From Octopus sinensis (taxonomy: Eukaryota), in assembly GCF_006345805.1 (NCBI RefSeq), contig NC_043001.1:41447001-41480000 (forward strand): a DNA stretch of 33,000 nt, in the 5' to 3' direction. The position numbers were made by a program, and so were the translations under genes. Numbering within the stretch: position 1 is the first letter of the stretch; every line of letters begins with the position of its first letter. Positions 32,562 to 33,000 of the stretch are shown piece after piece. The notes beneath the pieces were generated by a model. That model worked only from the letters and a program-made list of their open reading frames with translations, had not been told where the DNA came from and did no database searches.

Positions 32562-32828
32562 TGATGATACATACCATAGCTAAAAGAAATGTTATCCAGA
32601 GCAACAAGTTCCTCTTCATATCGTAAGAGTTCATATTCAAGTATTTCTCCATTTCTGAAAATGAACTTTTGTAATGTGAAATCGTGTCGAAACGGATATA
32701 TATATATATTTCACATTAGAAAAGTTCATTTTCAGAAACGGAGAAATATTTGAATATGAACTCTTACGATATGAAGAAGAACTTGTTGCTCTGGATAACA
32801 TTTCTTTTAGCTATGGTATGTATCATCA
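32562..32828. repeat. foldback palindrome (121-bp arms, 25-nt spacer)
   Basis: 32562-32682 is the reverse complement of 32708-32828 with 4 mismatches. Confidence 0.93.
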
Positions 32829-33000
32829 GCTGGTGTTTTTTTTTAATATAATTCGTAAATCGGACGAATTGCCAAATGGGACTTTTACAGTAATTGCTTA
32901 TATTTTTAATCTCTTGATTTGTTGTGATTGACGAAAACAACATTAAAAAGAGAAAATTAAAATATTTTGGACACTTTATTAGAAAAACAGTTTGCAAAAT

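Overview
AT-rich, microsatellite-dense eukaryotic DNA. The repeat content (RTE LINEs with (GAT)n tails, tRNA-headed SINEs, Helitron-like elements, a Penelope-like element) points to an octopus or other cephalopod intronic/intergenic region; this is inferred from repeat style only. No intact protein-coding gene is visible. Most of the window is a mosaic of transposon copies: a young 5'-truncated RTE LINE (11705-14165) with a PHD-type zinc finger inside its RT plus five shorter copies of its 3' end, an older Rex3/Expander-like RTE carrying two nested insertions, two CR1-type families, a CRE-like restriction-endonuclease LINE remnant, three Helitron-derived elements (one retaining a helicase motif), a TTAA-flanked piggyBac-like MITE, two foldback palindromes, several SINEs and a decayed Penelope-like RT + GIY-YIG element. 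The best finding is a complete type I hammerhead ribozyme on the minus strand (17992-18079). It lies in a highly structured 359-nt partial tandem unit bounded by two cleavage-site copies, the architecture of a non-LTR retrozyme or Penelope pseudo-LTR that could release a circular RNA. A second hammerhead-like family is present in two copies. One well-bounded minus-strand exon encoding a signal peptide (28635-28727) suggests an unidentified host gene. Everything was read by eye; element boundaries are approximate unless a terminus motif is quoted.
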